64,000 nt of DNA from an uncultured Gemmatimonadales bacterium (GTDB taxonomy: Bacteria; Gemmatimonadota; Gemmatimonadetes; Longimicrobiales; RSA9), in assembly GCA_963798845.1 (NCBI GenBank), contig CAWCUS010000001.1:416001-480000 (forward strand). Reading direction: 5' to 3'. This document shows, in pieces, positions 24,687 to 36,964 of the stretch. The notes under the pieces are model-generated. The model was not told where the DNA came from and did no database searches. It saw only the letters and a list, made by a program, of their open reading frames with translations. Position numbers and translations under genes: made by a program. Within the stretch, counting starts at the first letter, position 1. Each line of letters starts with the position of its first letter.

Positions 24687-25750
24687 GCCGGTTCCGCTCC
24701 CCGTCGAACGAGGCCGGGGAACGGCAGGTCCGCCCGCGCGGTGAGGTCGGGGCCGGCCACGTCGCCTCGCGCGAATCGGAAGGCCGCAGTGCGCGCGATC
24801 ATGGCGCCGTTGTCGGTGGCCATGCGCGGGCTCGGGTGGAAGAGCCGGCCCTCCTCGCCCAGAGCGTCGGAGAGGGCGTCGCGGAGGGCGAGGCTCGCGG
24901 CCACACCTCCCCCGATCAGCACCCGGTGGCACCCCTTCTCCTGCACGGCCCGCAGCGTTTTCCCCACCAGGACGTCGATCACCGCGCGCTGGAAGGAGCG
25001 GGCGACTGCGTCGCGCTCCGCTTCCAGGCGACCCTCCGCCTCCAGCTGCCCGGCCCGCGTCAGCACCGCCGTCTTCAGGCCGCTGAAGGAGAATGCGTAG
25101 AAGCCATCATCGCCGGGGCGCTGGTGCCGCGCGAACATGGGGCGCGGGAAGGGGTGCGGGTCTCCCGCAACGCGTGCGGCGGCCCGCTCGATCGGGGGCC
25201 CGCCCGGGTACTCCATGCCGAGCACGCGCGCCACCTTGTCGAACGCCTCGCCGGCGGCGTCGTCGCGGGTCTCGCCGAGCAGCTCGTATCGTCCCCATTC
25301 GGGCACCCAGAGCAGGAGCGTGTGACCCCCGGACACGAGCAGGGCCACGAAGGGGGGAACGGCCCCGGGGTCCTCGAGGCTGGCGGCGAACAGGTGCGCC
25401 TCCATGTGGTGGACGCCCACGATCGGTCGGCCGAGCCCCCACGCCACGCTCTTGGTCCACGTGAGCCCGACCAGGAGCGCGCCGATCAGGCCGGGCCCCG
25501 CGGTCACGCCGAAGACCGCCACGTCGCCCAGCCCGATGCCCGCCTCCCGCAGCGCCGCGCGCGCGACATCGTCTATGGCGCGCATGTGGGCCCTTGCCGC
25601 CAGCTCGGGGACGACGCCGGCATAGACCTGGTGGATGTCCTGTGAAAGTATGACGTGACCGAGAAGCTCGTCCCCGGCCAGGACGGCGGCGGAAGTCTCG
25701 TCGCAGGAGGTCTCGACTCCGAGAACGGGGCCGGGGACCGCGCCCGACAT
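24683..25750 (-). CDS. tsaD: tRNA N6-threonylcarbamoyltransferase TsaD
   Basis: GVETSCDETS, GVVPELAARAH, HHMEAH, LLVSGGHT, DDAAGEAFDK, TDNGAMIA. Confidence 0.97.
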   Translation of the reverse strand: MSGAVPGPVLGVETSCDETSAAVLAGDELLGHVILSQDIHQVYAGVVPELAARAHMRAIDDVARAALREAGIGLGDVAVFGVTAGPGLIGALLVGLTWTKSVAWGLGRPIVGVHHMEAHLFAASLEDPGAVPPFVALLVSGGHTLLLWVPEWGRYELLGETRDDAAGEAFDKVARVLGMEYPGGPPIERAAARVAGDPHPFPRPMFARHQRPGDDGFYAFSFSGLKTAVLTRAGQLEAEGRLEAERDAVARSFQRAVIDVLVGKTLRAVQEKGCHRVLIGGGVAASLALRDALSDALGEEGRLFHPSPRMATDNGAMIARTAAFRFARGDVAGPDLTARADLPFPGLVRRGAEPA

Positions 25751-26472
25751 CAGAATGGGGCGCCGTTCCGATTGGCGCTGTCGGCCCGGAGCACCAGCGA
25801 GTCCGCGGGCGCCACGCGCAGCACCACGTTGACTTCGGTCGGGTCCACGCGCAGGCCGCTCAGGGCCACGGTGTCCACGGTGGTTGGCACGTTCGTGTTG
25901 GAGCGCAGCCCCGAGATGTCCACGGGGAGGAGCGGCACGGAGTCGAGCGCCACGATCCGCGAGCGCGGCCCGCGCACCTCGATGGTCGACGGATTGGTGT
26001 TCACCGGCAGCTGCAGCGCGAAACCGCTGGGCAGCTCTCCCCTGACGCGGACGCGGACCGGAAGCGTGCGGGAAGCCAGCCGCTCGTAGCGCAGGCGGAC
26101 GGTGTCCGGCTGCAGGTCCAGGATCCGGACGTTGCGCAGCCCTTCCGGGATGCGCACCCACTGCGGCGCGACCACCTGCGTCTGGACGGTGTCGTTCACT
26201 CGCTCCACGGGAAGGACGATGCGGGGTGGGCTGTTCGCCAGGGAGACGAGCTCGCCCCGCGGCCCCACCACGCTCACGCTGACCACGCTCGGCGACGGCT
26301 CCCCGTCCAGCCGCCAGTCCGGATCCCGCAGGTCGACGCGCACCGGGACGTTGCGGAACGTCGCCCGCTGCGGCTTGTTCGACTGCACGGCGAGCCACAG
26401 CAGGATGGCGAGCACCAGCGCCGTGAGCTTCAGCGCCCAGTTCTCCGTGAAGAAGCGAACGATGCGCTTCAC
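25750..26472 (-). CDS. YbbR-like (CdaR) domain protein
   Basis: ENWALKLTALVLAILLWLAV N-terminal TM followed by two YbbR-like repeats (V.V.GPR). Confidence 0.8.
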   Translation of the reverse strand: MKRIVRFFTENWALKLTALVLAILLWLAVQSNKPQRATFRNVPVRVDLRDPDWRLDGEPSPSVVSVSVVGPRGELVSLANSPPRIVLPVERVNDTVQTQVVAPQWVRIPEGLRNVRILDLQPDTVRLRYERLASRTLPVRVRVRGELPSGFALQLPVNTNPSTIEVRGPRSRIVALDSVPLLPVDISGLRSNTNVPTTVDTVALSGLRVDPTEVNVVLRVAPADSLVLRADSANRNGAPF

Positions 26473-27056
26473 TGGTTCCGTTCCTCCAGCATGGTCTCGA
26501 TCCTGTCCACGTACGGCGTCTGGTCCCATGCGTGCGCCCCGACCTCCTTCGAGCGGATCACGCCGTCGCGGTCGATGAGCACCGTCGTCGGGAGGTACTC
26601 GGTTTCGAAGCTCGCCTCCGTCCCCCCCGTGGGGTCCAACGCGACCGGGAACGTGAGACCGTAGCGCTCCATGAAGCGGCTGACGGCGCCGACGACCCGG
26701 CCATCCGGCTGCCGCTCGCCCGGGTGGTCATCCACGGCCACCGAGACCACGCGCAGTCCGCGGCCCCGGTACTTCCTGTACACTCTTTCGAGGGCGGGCA
26801 TCTCCTGTCGGCACGGGCCACACCAGGTCGCCCAGATGTTCAGCAGGACCACGTCACCGCGCAGCGAGTCCAGCGCCAGGCCGTCCCCGGCGACGGTCGG
26901 CAGCTCGAGTGCCGGAGCCCGCGCCCCGGCGGCCAGTGCGCGCCTCGGGGTCCCCGCCGCCTCGCGGTTGAACCAGCCCAGGGCGACGAGCCCGCCGATG
27001 ATCGCCAGGAACGCCCCGGTGACCGCCCAGTCCCGGGCCCGATCGCTCAGCCTCAC
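26469..27056 (-). CDS. TlpA/ResA-family thiol-disulfide reductase
   Basis: N-terminal TM, LLNIWATWCGPCRQEMPAL, PTTVLIDRDG. Confidence 0.92.
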   Translation of the reverse strand: MRLSDRARDWAVTGAFLAIIGGLVALGWFNREAAGTPRRALAAGARAPALELPTVAGDGLALDSLRGDVVLLNIWATWCGPCRQEMPALERVYRKYRGRGLRVVSVAVDDHPGERQPDGRVVGAVSRFMERYGLTFPVALDPTGGTEASFETEYLPTTVLIDRDGVIRSKEVGAHAWDQTPYVDRIETMLEERNQ

Positions 27057-27703
27057 GTTCCCCCGGGCGGGGCCGTGCCCGGCGAGTCCGCCCCGCCGGA
27101 CGGTCCGCTGCTCACCAGGAGGAGTACGGATGCCGGCAGCGGCATCGCGGTCCCCGACTCCGGATCGGTGCCGGACACCGCGCCCCGCGGGAGCCGGTCG
27201 TCCTGGACCTGCTGCACCCGGACCTGGAAGCCCGCCCGCTCGAGCAGCGCGCGCGCCGTAGCCGCCCCGAGCCCGGTGAGCGACGGCACGCGGAGGTCGG
27301 GTGGACCGGAGCTGACCGCGAAGGAGACGGCCGCCCCGGGGCGGAGCTCCTGGCCGGGGACCGGGTCCTGGGCCAGCACCTCGCCCGCCGGCGCCGTCGT
27401 GCTGGCCATCTCCGTGACCGTCCCGACCGCGAGCCCATTCTCCGCCACCTCCCGCTCGGCGTCCGCGCGCTCGCGGCCGTACAGCGCGGGAACGGCGACG
27501 CCCGCATCCGCCGTGACCGGCCTGGGGAAGACCACCCGGGTGGCGAGGAGGAAGCCCACGCCGAAGCTGACCACGAGGATCCCGACTCCGGCCAGAACCC
27601 AGCGGAGCCATGGAGTTTCCGGCACACGCCACGGGCGCCGCCACCACGGCTCGCGCGTTCCCTTCTTCAGCGGCGAGCGACGCCGCAGTGATTCCCCGAG
27701 CAC
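27053..27703 (-). CDS. PASTA domain-containing membrane protein
   Basis: One TM then two PASTA repeats (VPALYG..VLAQDP..G; VPSLTG..VSGTDPESG). Confidence 0.85.
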   Translation of the reverse strand: MLGESLRRRSPLKKGTREPWWRRPWRVPETPWLRWVLAGVGILVVSFGVGFLLATRVVFPRPVTADAGVAVPALYGRERADAEREVAENGLAVGTVTEMASTTAPAGEVLAQDPVPGQELRPGAAVSFAVSSGPPDLRVPSLTGLGAATARALLERAGFQVRVQQVQDDRLPRGAVSGTDPESGTAMPLPASVLLLVSSGPSGGADSPGTAPPGGT

Positions 27704-27882
27704 GCCCTAGCCCGTCCTCGCGGACGCGGCCCGCCCCGTGTGCTTCCGCAGACGCCTGTCCTCACTCACTTGAACGTCCCCCGCTACTGCGCTCCACCCT
27801 CGGCCGCAGAATGATACAATAGAGGGGCTGCGGCGGGAAACCCGAGCCCCTGCCGTACGCCGGCATACCGGAGAGGAGAGAC

Positions 27883-28332
27883 GTGGAGACACTGCGATAT
27901 CAGGACCTGTCGGAACAGGACCGCGAGCTCGTCGACGCCGCCCGCGCCGCGACCGAAACCGCGTACGCGCCATACTCCCGCGTGCGCGTGGGCGCGGCGC
28001 TGCGCACCGCGGCCGGCCGTGTGGTCACGGGCTCCAACGTCGAGAACGCGGCGTACGGCGACACGGTGTGCGCGGAGCGCCTCGCGGTGGGGCGCGCCAA
28101 CGCCGAGGGGGAGCGCGCGTTCCCCGTGGTGGCCGTAACGGCGCGGAGCGACCGCCTCCCCGCCGGCACTCCGGTGGCGCCGTGCGGGACGTGCCGCCAG
28201 GTGCTGCACGAGATGGCCCGGGCCACGGGCACGGAGACGCGCGTGATCATGACGACGCCCGACACGGACGAAGTCACGATCGCCACACTGGACGAGCTGC
28301 TGCCGCTGGCGTTCGACGGCCTCACGCGGTGA
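27883..28332 (+). CDS. cdd: Cytidine deaminase (tetrameric type)
   Basis: [41 protein letters not shown]. Confidence 0.95.
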   Translation: METLRYQDLSEQDRELVDAARAATETAYAPYSRVRVGAALRTAAGRVVTGSNVENAAYGDTVCAERLAVGRANAEGERAFPVVAVTARSDRLPAGTPVAPCGTCRQVLHEMARATGTETRVIMTTPDTDEVTIATLDELLPLAFDGLTR

Positions 28333-29174
28333 TCCTCCTCACCCGCCCGGCTGCGGTCACGCTGATCGAGGCCATGGCGAGGGGCGAGCCCGAAGCCGCC
28401 GCCTCCCTCGACCTGGGCCGGTCCACCGGGACCGTGGCGCTGGACGCCGCCCTCGCCCGCTTCCCCGACGGTCAGACGCTGAGTCGCGAGGCCCTGGACG
28501 CAGTGGCCGGGGGACCGGAGTCCGTGTTCGCGGTGCTCGAGAGCACCGTGGAGAAGGTCACGTGGTTTTCGGCCGAGACCAACAGGGTGTACACGCTGCG
28601 CGCGACGGACGGCTGGCCGGCGCTGGAGATCTCCGGCATCCTGATGCACCGCATCAAGGACACGGATCCGCGGCGGGACGCCGAATCCAAGATCGCCGCC
28701 ATCGCCCCGGTCCGGGGGCGCGTCCTGGAGACCTGCTGCGGCCTGGGCTACTCCGCGATCCTCGCCGCCCGCACCGCCACCCACGTCACGGTCTTCGAGA
28801 TCGACCCGAACGTGCTGGAGATGGCGCGCATCAACCCGTGGTCGCAGCCGCTCTTCGACCCGCGGGGCAACATCGACGTGGTGAACGAGAACATCGCCGA
28901 GGGTATCCACGACATCCCCGGCGACGCGTTCGACTTCGTCATCCACGACCCACCGACCCTCGCGGTGGCAGGAGACCTCTACGCCGGCGACTTCTACCGC
29001 CAGCTTCACCGCGTCCTCCGGCCCGGCGGCCGCCTCTTTCACTACACCGGCGACCCGGGCAGCCGCCACCGCAGGCAGGACCTCCCGGGGCGCGTCGCGC
29101 AGCGGCTGGCCAGCCTCGGCTTCACGGAGGTCCGACGCGAGCCCGCGGCGCTCGGGGTCTCCGCGCGGAAGTAG
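28329..29174 (+). CDS. Class I SAM-dependent methyltransferase, COG2521-like
   Basis: [51 protein letters not shown] overlap with cdd stop. Confidence 0.8.
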   Translation: MILLTRPAAVTLIEAMARGEPEAAASLDLGRSTGTVALDAALARFPDGQTLSREALDAVAGGPESVFAVLESTVEKVTWFSAETNRVYTLRATDGWPALEISGILMHRIKDTDPRRDAESKIAAIAPVRGRVLETCCGLGYSAILAARTATHVTVFEIDPNVLEMARINPWSQPLFDPRGNIDVVNENIAEGIHDIPGDAFDFVIHDPPTLAVAGDLYAGDFYRQLHRVLRPGGRLFHYTGDPGSRHRRQDLPGRVAQRLASLGFTEVRREPAALGVSARK

Positions 29175-29229
29175 GGCGGCGCGGCGCAGCCCGCGTCCCG
29201 CGGCGGCGCCCGACGCCGCCGCGTGGCGG

Positions 29230-30036
29230 TCAGTCCAACATGCCCGCGGTGGGCGACGATGGCACGGCCCACTCGCGACGGGGCATGCGGCCGGCCAGGT
29301 AGGCGAGGCGGCCGGCTTCCACGGCGAGGTTCATGGCGCGGGCCATGACGGCGGGGTTCTTGGCGGCCGCCAGGGCGGTGTTCATGAGGATGCCGTCGAC
29401 GCCCTGCTCCATGGTGATGCATGCGTCGGAGGCGGTGCCGACGCCGGCATCGACGATGACGGGCACCTCCAGGCGCGTCTTGATCTCCCGCACGTAGTAC
29501 GGGTTGACGAGGCCGAGTCCGCTGCCGATCGGGCTGGCCAGCGGCATCACCGCTGCGCAACCCACGTCCTCGAGGCGGAGCGCCGTGACCACGTCCTCGT
29601 TCGTGTACGCAAGCACCTTGAAGCCGTCGGCGACGAGCGTCTTGGCAGCGGTGAGGGTGGCCTGGACGTCGGGGAGGAGGGTGTGCTCGTCGCCGATGAC
29701 CTCGAGCTTGACGAAGTCGCTCATGCCCGCAGAGCGTGCCAGGCGAGCGTACCGGATGGCGTCCTCGGCCGTGTAGCAGCCCGCCGTGTTGGGAAGCAGG
29801 AAGGACGTCCTGGGATCCAGGTGGTAGAGGATTCCCTCTTCCTTCGTCCGGTCCAGGTCGATCCGGCGCACGGCCACCGTCACCACCTCGGCCCCGGATG
29901 CGGCGATGGCGTCCACCATCTCCCGGTTCGTCGCGTACTTACCCGTGCCCACGAACAGCCGGGAGCGGAACGTCCGCCCGGCGATCACCAGCGGCTCATC
30001 GTGGATCCCCGGGGCCTGCACCGTCGTCTCAGTCAT
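29230..30036 (-). CDS. thiG: Thiazole synthase
   Basis: SRLFVGTGKY, LPNTAGC, KLEVIGD, MPLASPIGSGLG, VDAGVG. Confidence 0.97.
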   Translation of the reverse strand: MTETTVQAPGIHDEPLVIAGRTFRSRLFVGTGKYATNREMVDAIAASGAEVVTVAVRRIDLDRTKEEGILYHLDPRTSFLLPNTAGCYTAEDAIRYARLARSAGMSDFVKLEVIGDEHTLLPDVQATLTAAKTLVADGFKVLAYTNEDVVTALRLEDVGCAAVMPLASPIGSGLGLVNPYYVREIKTRLEVPVIVDAGVGTASDACITMEQGVDGILMNTALAAAKNPAVMARAMNLAVEAGRLAYLAGRMPRREWAVPSSPTAGMLD

Positions 30037-30063
30037 TGATTTCTGTGCGCTCGAGTTTCCGCT

Positions 30064-30285
30064 TCAGCGTCCACCACCAACGAAATGCACCAGCTCCAGC
30101 ACGTCTCCCTCTTCCACCTCCACTTCGGGGTAGCGGTCGCGGTCCAGGATCTCCCGGTTCCGCTCCACCACCACGAGGCCGGGATTGAGCCCCAGGGACT
30201 CCAGCAAGCTCTTCACGGTCAGCCCGGCATCGATCGTGCGCTCGTCGCCGTTGACGGTGACCCGGATCCTGACCGTCCCGCTCAC
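30064..30285 (-). CDS. thiS: Sulfur carrier protein ThiS
   Basis: VTVNGDER...VVVERNREIL...GDVLELVHFVGGG followed by one extra Arg; lies between thiE and thiG. Confidence 0.92.
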   Translation of the reverse strand: MSGTVRIRVTVNGDERTIDAGLTVKSLLESLGLNPGLVVVERNREILDRDRYPEVEVEEGDVLELVHFVGGGR

Positions 30286-30911
30286 GCGCTCGCCTCCATG
30301 GCCGCCAGGTACGCCGCTGCCGCCGCGACCGGCTCGTCGGCCGACCACACGCCGCGGATGATCGCGACGCCGTATGCGCCCGCCCGCATGGCCTCCCGCG
30401 CCCGCTCCGGCGTGACCCCGCCGATGGCGACCACCGGTCCCGCGGCCAGACCCGCGGCCTCCTCCACCAGCGCCGTGCCAGCACCCCCCCGGCCGGGGTG
30501 CGAAGCGGTCCGCCAGATGGTGCCCAGCACGACGAAATCCGCGCCGCTGCCGAGGGCCGAAGCCGCTTCGGCGGCGTCGTGGGCCGAGTAGCCGACCGGC
30601 ACGTCCGCGCCGAGGAGGTCGCGTGCGGTCTGGACCGGGAGCGAACGGGCGCCCACCTGGACGCCGGTGTCCGGCACGGCCAGCGCCACGTCCACCCGGT
30701 CGTTCACGAGCACGCGGGCTCCCACCCCGGCGGCCACCGGCGCGAGCGTCCGGGCGAGATCGTAGAGGGTCCGAACCGGGGACGTCGGGCCGCGCAGGTG
30801 CAGCGCCAGCATCGGGCCGTGCGCACGGAGGAGGGCCCGGGCGGCCTCGGCGAAGCCGTTGCTCGCCAGGACCTGGTCGTCCGTGACCACGTGCAGGCGG
30901 GGGAGCCTCAC
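30282..30911 (-). CDS. thiE: Thiamine phosphate synthase (ThiE/TenI family)
   Basis: LVNDRVDVA, GYSAH, GADFVVLG, PVVAIGGVT motifs. Confidence 0.85.
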   Translation of the reverse strand: MRLPRLHVVTDDQVLASNGFAEAARALLRAHGPMLALHLRGPTSPVRTLYDLARTLAPVAAGVGARVLVNDRVDVALAVPDTGVQVGARSLPVQTARDLLGADVPVGYSAHDAAEAASALGSGADFVVLGTIWRTASHPGRGGAGTALVEEAAGLAAGPVVAIGGVTPERAREAMRAGAYGVAIIRGVWSADEPVAAAAAYLAAMEASA

Positions 30912-31855
30912 TCGAAGCGATCCCCGGGGCTCGCCCCACGGCCCCGCACCCACTCCGCCGCCGTCATCCGGCGCTTGCCGGCGGGCTTCACCTCTCGGAC
31001 CCAGAGCGCGGCCTCGCCGCACGCGACCAGCAGGCCTTCCTCCGCGTGCGATGGCTCGGCCGCCAGCACCGTCCCGGGCTCGCCGCCCCCCGGGGCCTCC
31101 AGTCCGGCAACGCGCGGCCGATAGACCTTGACCTCCTCGCCGCCGAGGCGCGTCCAGGCGCCAGGGACGGCATCCATTCCGCGCACGTGGTCGGCAACGG
31201 CGCGGGCGGGGCGGGACCAGTCCACGCGGGCGTCATCGCGGCCGATGCGCGGGGCATACGTGACCGCGTCGGCGTCCTGCGGCCGCTCGTCCAGCGCGCC
31301 ACCCTCCATCAGCGTGAGCGTCTCGATCAGCGTCTCCGCTCCAAGCTCGCTGAGGCGGACTGTCAGATCGCTCGCCGTCTCCTCGGGGAGGATCGGCTCC
31401 TCCACCTGCATGAGGATCGGGCCCGCGTCCAGCGCCTCCACCATGCGCATGGTGGTGATCCCGGTGGTGGTGTGGCCGAGGATCAGCGCCCAGTTGACCG
31501 GGGCGGCGCCACGCAGTCGTGGCAGCAGCGATGCGTGTACGTTCACCGATCCGAGCCCCGGCACGCCGAGCACTTCGCGGGGGAGGATCTGACCATAGGC
31601 CACCACCACGCTGAGCTCCGGCTGGAGCTTGCGGATCACGTCCACGAAATCCGGGGCGCGGGCACGCTCCGGCTGGAGGACGGGCAGCGCCTCGTTCTGC
31701 GCGAACTGCTTCACCGGCGGAGGGGCGAGCGAGCGCCCCCTCCCCCGCGGGCGGTCCGGCTGCGTGACCACGCCGACCACGTCGTGGCCTTCGCCGAGCA
31801 GCGCCGCCAGCGACGGGAGGGCGAAATCCGGAGTTCCCCAGAACAGGATGCGCAC
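30908..31855 (-). CDS. fmt: Methionyl-tRNA formyltransferase
   Basis: MRILFWGTPDFA, VTQPDRPRGRG, VVAYGQIL, NVHASLLPRLRGAAP. Confidence 0.97.
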   Translation of the reverse strand: MRILFWGTPDFALPSLAALLGEGHDVVGVVTQPDRPRGRGRSLAPPPVKQFAQNEALPVLQPERARAPDFVDVIRKLQPELSVVVAYGQILPREVLGVPGLGSVNVHASLLPRLRGAAPVNWALILGHTTTGITTMRMVEALDAGPILMQVEEPILPEETASDLTVRLSELGAETLIETLTLMEGGALDERPQDADAVTYAPRIGRDDARVDWSRPARAVADHVRGMDAVPGAWTRLGGEEVKVYRPRVAGLEAPGGGEPGTVLAAEPSHAEEGLLVACGEAALWVREVKPAGKRRMTAAEWVRGRGASPGDRFE

Positions 31856-31859
31856 CGGG

Positions 31860-32378
31860 CTATGCCTTGGAGGCCTCGGCCTCCGGCTTCACCTTCTCCC
31901 ACTTCTTCAGCGCCATCTTCCGCTTGAGCGGCGTCAGACGATCGAAGAAGAGGATGCCGTCCAGGTGGTCCACCTCGTGCTGGAGCACGCGCGCCAGTAG
32001 CCCTTCCGCCTCGAGGCGCACCGGCTGCCCGTCGAGGTCGAGCGCCTCGACCACCGCCGTGGTCGGACGCTCCACCACGTCCCGCACGCCGGGGATGCTG
32101 AGGCAGCCCTCCTCCACCCTGTCGGTCTGCTTCCCGCACTCGACCACACGAGGATTCACCAGCGCCACAGGCTCCACCCCCTCCTCGCGCGGGTCCACCA
32201 CGATCAGCCGCGTCAGAATCCCTACCTGCGGAGCGGCCAGCCCCACGCCGTCCGCCTCGTACATGGTGTCGAACATGCTCCTGGCCAGGCGACGCACCTC
32301 CTCCGTCACCGTCTCGACCTCGGCCGATTTCTTCCGCAGCGCCGGGTCGCCCATGAGCAGGATCTCAAGCGACGCCAT
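31860..32378 (-). CDS. def: Peptide deformylase
   Basis: GVGLAAPQVG, EGCLSIPG, QHEVDHLDG. Confidence 0.97.
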   Translation of the reverse strand: MASLEILLMGDPALRKKSAEVETVTEEVRRLARSMFDTMYEADGVGLAAPQVGILTRLIVVDPREEGVEPVALVNPRVVECGKQTDRVEEGCLSIPGVRDVVERPTTAVVEALDLDGQPVRLEAEGLLARVLQHEVDHLDGILFFDRLTPLKRKMALKKWEKVKPEAEASKA

Positions 32379-32386
32379 CCGTCCTC

Positions 32387-34973
<2,587 letters not shown>

Positions 34974-35080
34974 GGCGGGCGAAAGAAAACGAGGAGTGCG
35001 GCAAAAGGCAAAGCGCGCCGGCGCCATCGCGGCCTCGCGACCTTTGGCGCGAAACGGGGTTTCTAGGCGCGGTCCGCGCC

Positions 35081-36124
35081 TCAGCCGGCCCCGAAGAGGT
35101 TGATCTGCCCCCGTTCGCTCAGGTCCTCGGGCACCGCGTAGCCGAAGCGCTGGAAAGCTCGCCGCGTCGCCACCCGGCCGCGCGGCGTGCGCATGAGGAA
35201 GCCGTTCTGGATCAGGAAGGGCTCGTAGACTTCCTCGATCGTGCCCGGATCCTCGCCCACCGCCACGGCCAGCGTGGTCAGGCCCGCCGGGCCGCCGTCG
35301 AAGTTCTCGATCAGGGTCTTGAGGATGCGACCGTCCATCTCGTCGAGCCCGTACTCGTCGACATCCAACATCTTCAGCGCGTCGTCGGCCACCGGTCCCG
35401 TGATCACCCCGTTCGCGCGTACCTGGGCGAAGTCCCGCACCCGCCGGAGGAGCCGGTTCGCGACGCGCGGTGTGCCCCGGCTCCGCTTCGCGATCTCCTC
35501 CGCGCCCTCGGCCGTAGCGCGCACGTCCAGGATCTCCGCGCTCCGGACCACGATTTCCATCAGCTCATCAGCCCCGTAGTAGTTGAGCCGCTGGACGATT
35601 CCGAAGCGGGCGCGCATCGGAGGCGTGAGCAGACCGAAGCGCGTCGTCGCCCCCACCAGCGTGAAGTGCTCCACCGGCATGGTGATGGTCTGCGCCTTCG
35701 GCCCCTCGCTGAGCCGGATGTCGATCCGGTAGTCCTCCATCGCCGGATAGAGGAACTCCTCGATGATCGGGCGCAGGCGATGGATCTCGTCGATGAAGAG
35801 GAGGTCCCCCTCCTCCAGGTTCGTGAGCAGCCCCACCAGGTCCGCCGGCTTCTCCAGAACCGGCCCGGACGTGGTCTTGATCTGGAAGCCGAGCTCCCGC
35901 GCCATGAGCAACGCCAGCGTCGTCTTGCCGAGCCCCGGCGGCCCGTGAAAGAGCGTGTGGTCCAGCGGCTCGCGGCGCTGCTTCGCCGCGTCAATGGCGA
36001 TGCGCAGCGACTCCTTCACCTTCGACTGGCCGATGAACTCCTCCAGCCGCTGCGGCCGCAGTGAGAGCTCGACGTCCTGGTCGCCGGTGATCGCTTCCGG
36101 GGTGGTGATCTCGGGTCGGTTCAT
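35081..36124 (-). CDS. ruvB: Holliday junction branch migration helicase RuvB
   Basis: [48 protein letters not shown]. Confidence 0.98.
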   Translation of the reverse strand: MNRPEITTPEAITGDQDVELSLRPQRLEEFIGQSKVKESLRIAIDAAKQRREPLDHTLFHGPPGLGKTTLALLMARELGFQIKTTSGPVLEKPADLVGLLTNLEEGDLLFIDEIHRLRPIIEEFLYPAMEDYRIDIRLSEGPKAQTITMPVEHFTLVGATTRFGLLTPPMRARFGIVQRLNYYGADELMEIVVRSAEILDVRATAEGAEEIAKRSRGTPRVANRLLRRVRDFAQVRANGVITGPVADDALKMLDVDEYGLDEMDGRILKTLIENFDGGPAGLTTLAVAVGEDPGTIEEVYEPFLIQNGFLMRTPRGRVATRRAFQRFGYAVPEDLSERGQINLFGAG

Positions 36125-36154
36125 CGTCCCCGAAGGTACCACACCCGCCGCCCC

Positions 36155-36170
36155 TTCGGCCAGTCTTCGG
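36155..36170. promoter_or_regulatory. Direct repeat TTCGG-N6-TTCGG upstream of ruvB (candidate DNA-damage operator)
   Basis: TTCGGccagtcTTCGG, about 30 nt from the ruvB start; same architecture as two sites upstream of dnaE2. Confidence 0.45.
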
Positions 36171-36341
36171 TGGCCTCCTTCGCGTCCTTCGTTTCCCTTT
36201 CTTCTTTCGTGTGTTCCCGTGCTCGTGTCGGCCGCCGTCTCCGCGCGAGCGCGAAACCAACCCCCTTGCCCCCGAACATCCGCTCGTGAATCTGTGTACA
36301 ATGCTGCGGACACAACCATCCCTGTCCCTGGAGAAAGAGCA

Positions 36342-36953
36342 ATGAACGGTTCCGGCAGAGCGATTGGAGTGCTGCTCGTGGCGCTCCTGGCCGTCGGGGG
36401 CACCGCTTGCGCCAAGCGCGTCTCGCGCATCGACCCATCCAGCGTCACTGACCTGTCGGGTCGCTGGAACGACACGGATTCCCGGCTCGTGGCGAACGCG
36501 CTCATCGAGCAGACGCTCGGCGGCGGCTGGGCGGCGCGGTACACGGGCGCTCACGGAGGAGAGTCGCCGGCGGTGATCGTGGGCAGCTTCCGCAACCGCA
36601 CGCTGGAGCACATCCCGGTGAACACGTTCATCAGCGACCTGGAGCGGGCGCTGATCAACTCGGGTGCCGTGAAGATGGTGGCGAGCCCGGTGGAGCGGGA
36701 CGAGATCCGGGCGGAGCGGACGGACCAGCAGGAGAACGCCCGGGCCGATACGCGGGCGAGGATGGCGCAGGAGCTGGGTGCGAACTACATGCTCCAGGGC
36801 GACATCACGGCCATCGAGGACGAGGAGGGCCGGGAGAAGGTGGTCTACTATCAGGTGGACGCGACGCTCACGGACCTGGAGAGCAACGTGAAGGTCTGGG
36901 CCGGTCAGCACCGGATCAAGAAGTACATCGAGCGGCCCCGGATCGGGTGGTGA
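36342..36953 (+). CDS. Penicillin-binding protein activator LpoB-like lipoprotein
   Basis: Lipobox-like [48 protein letters not shown]. Confidence 0.8.
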   Translation: MNGSGRAIGVLLVALLAVGGTACAKRVSRIDPSSVTDLSGRWNDTDSRLVANALIEQTLGGGWAARYTGAHGGESPAVIVGSFRNRTLEHIPVNTFISDLERALINSGAVKMVASPVERDEIRAERTDQQENARADTRARMAQELGANYMLQGDITAIEDEEGREKVVYYQVDATLTDLESNVKVWAGQHRIKKYIERPRIGW

Positions 36954-36964
36954 GGAGGCTCCCC

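Noticed and set aside
25750..26472. c-di-AMP module (cdaA-cdaR)
   Set aside because: A YbbR-like gene is present but no diadenylate cyclase is adjacent, so a signalling system cannot be claimed from this window.
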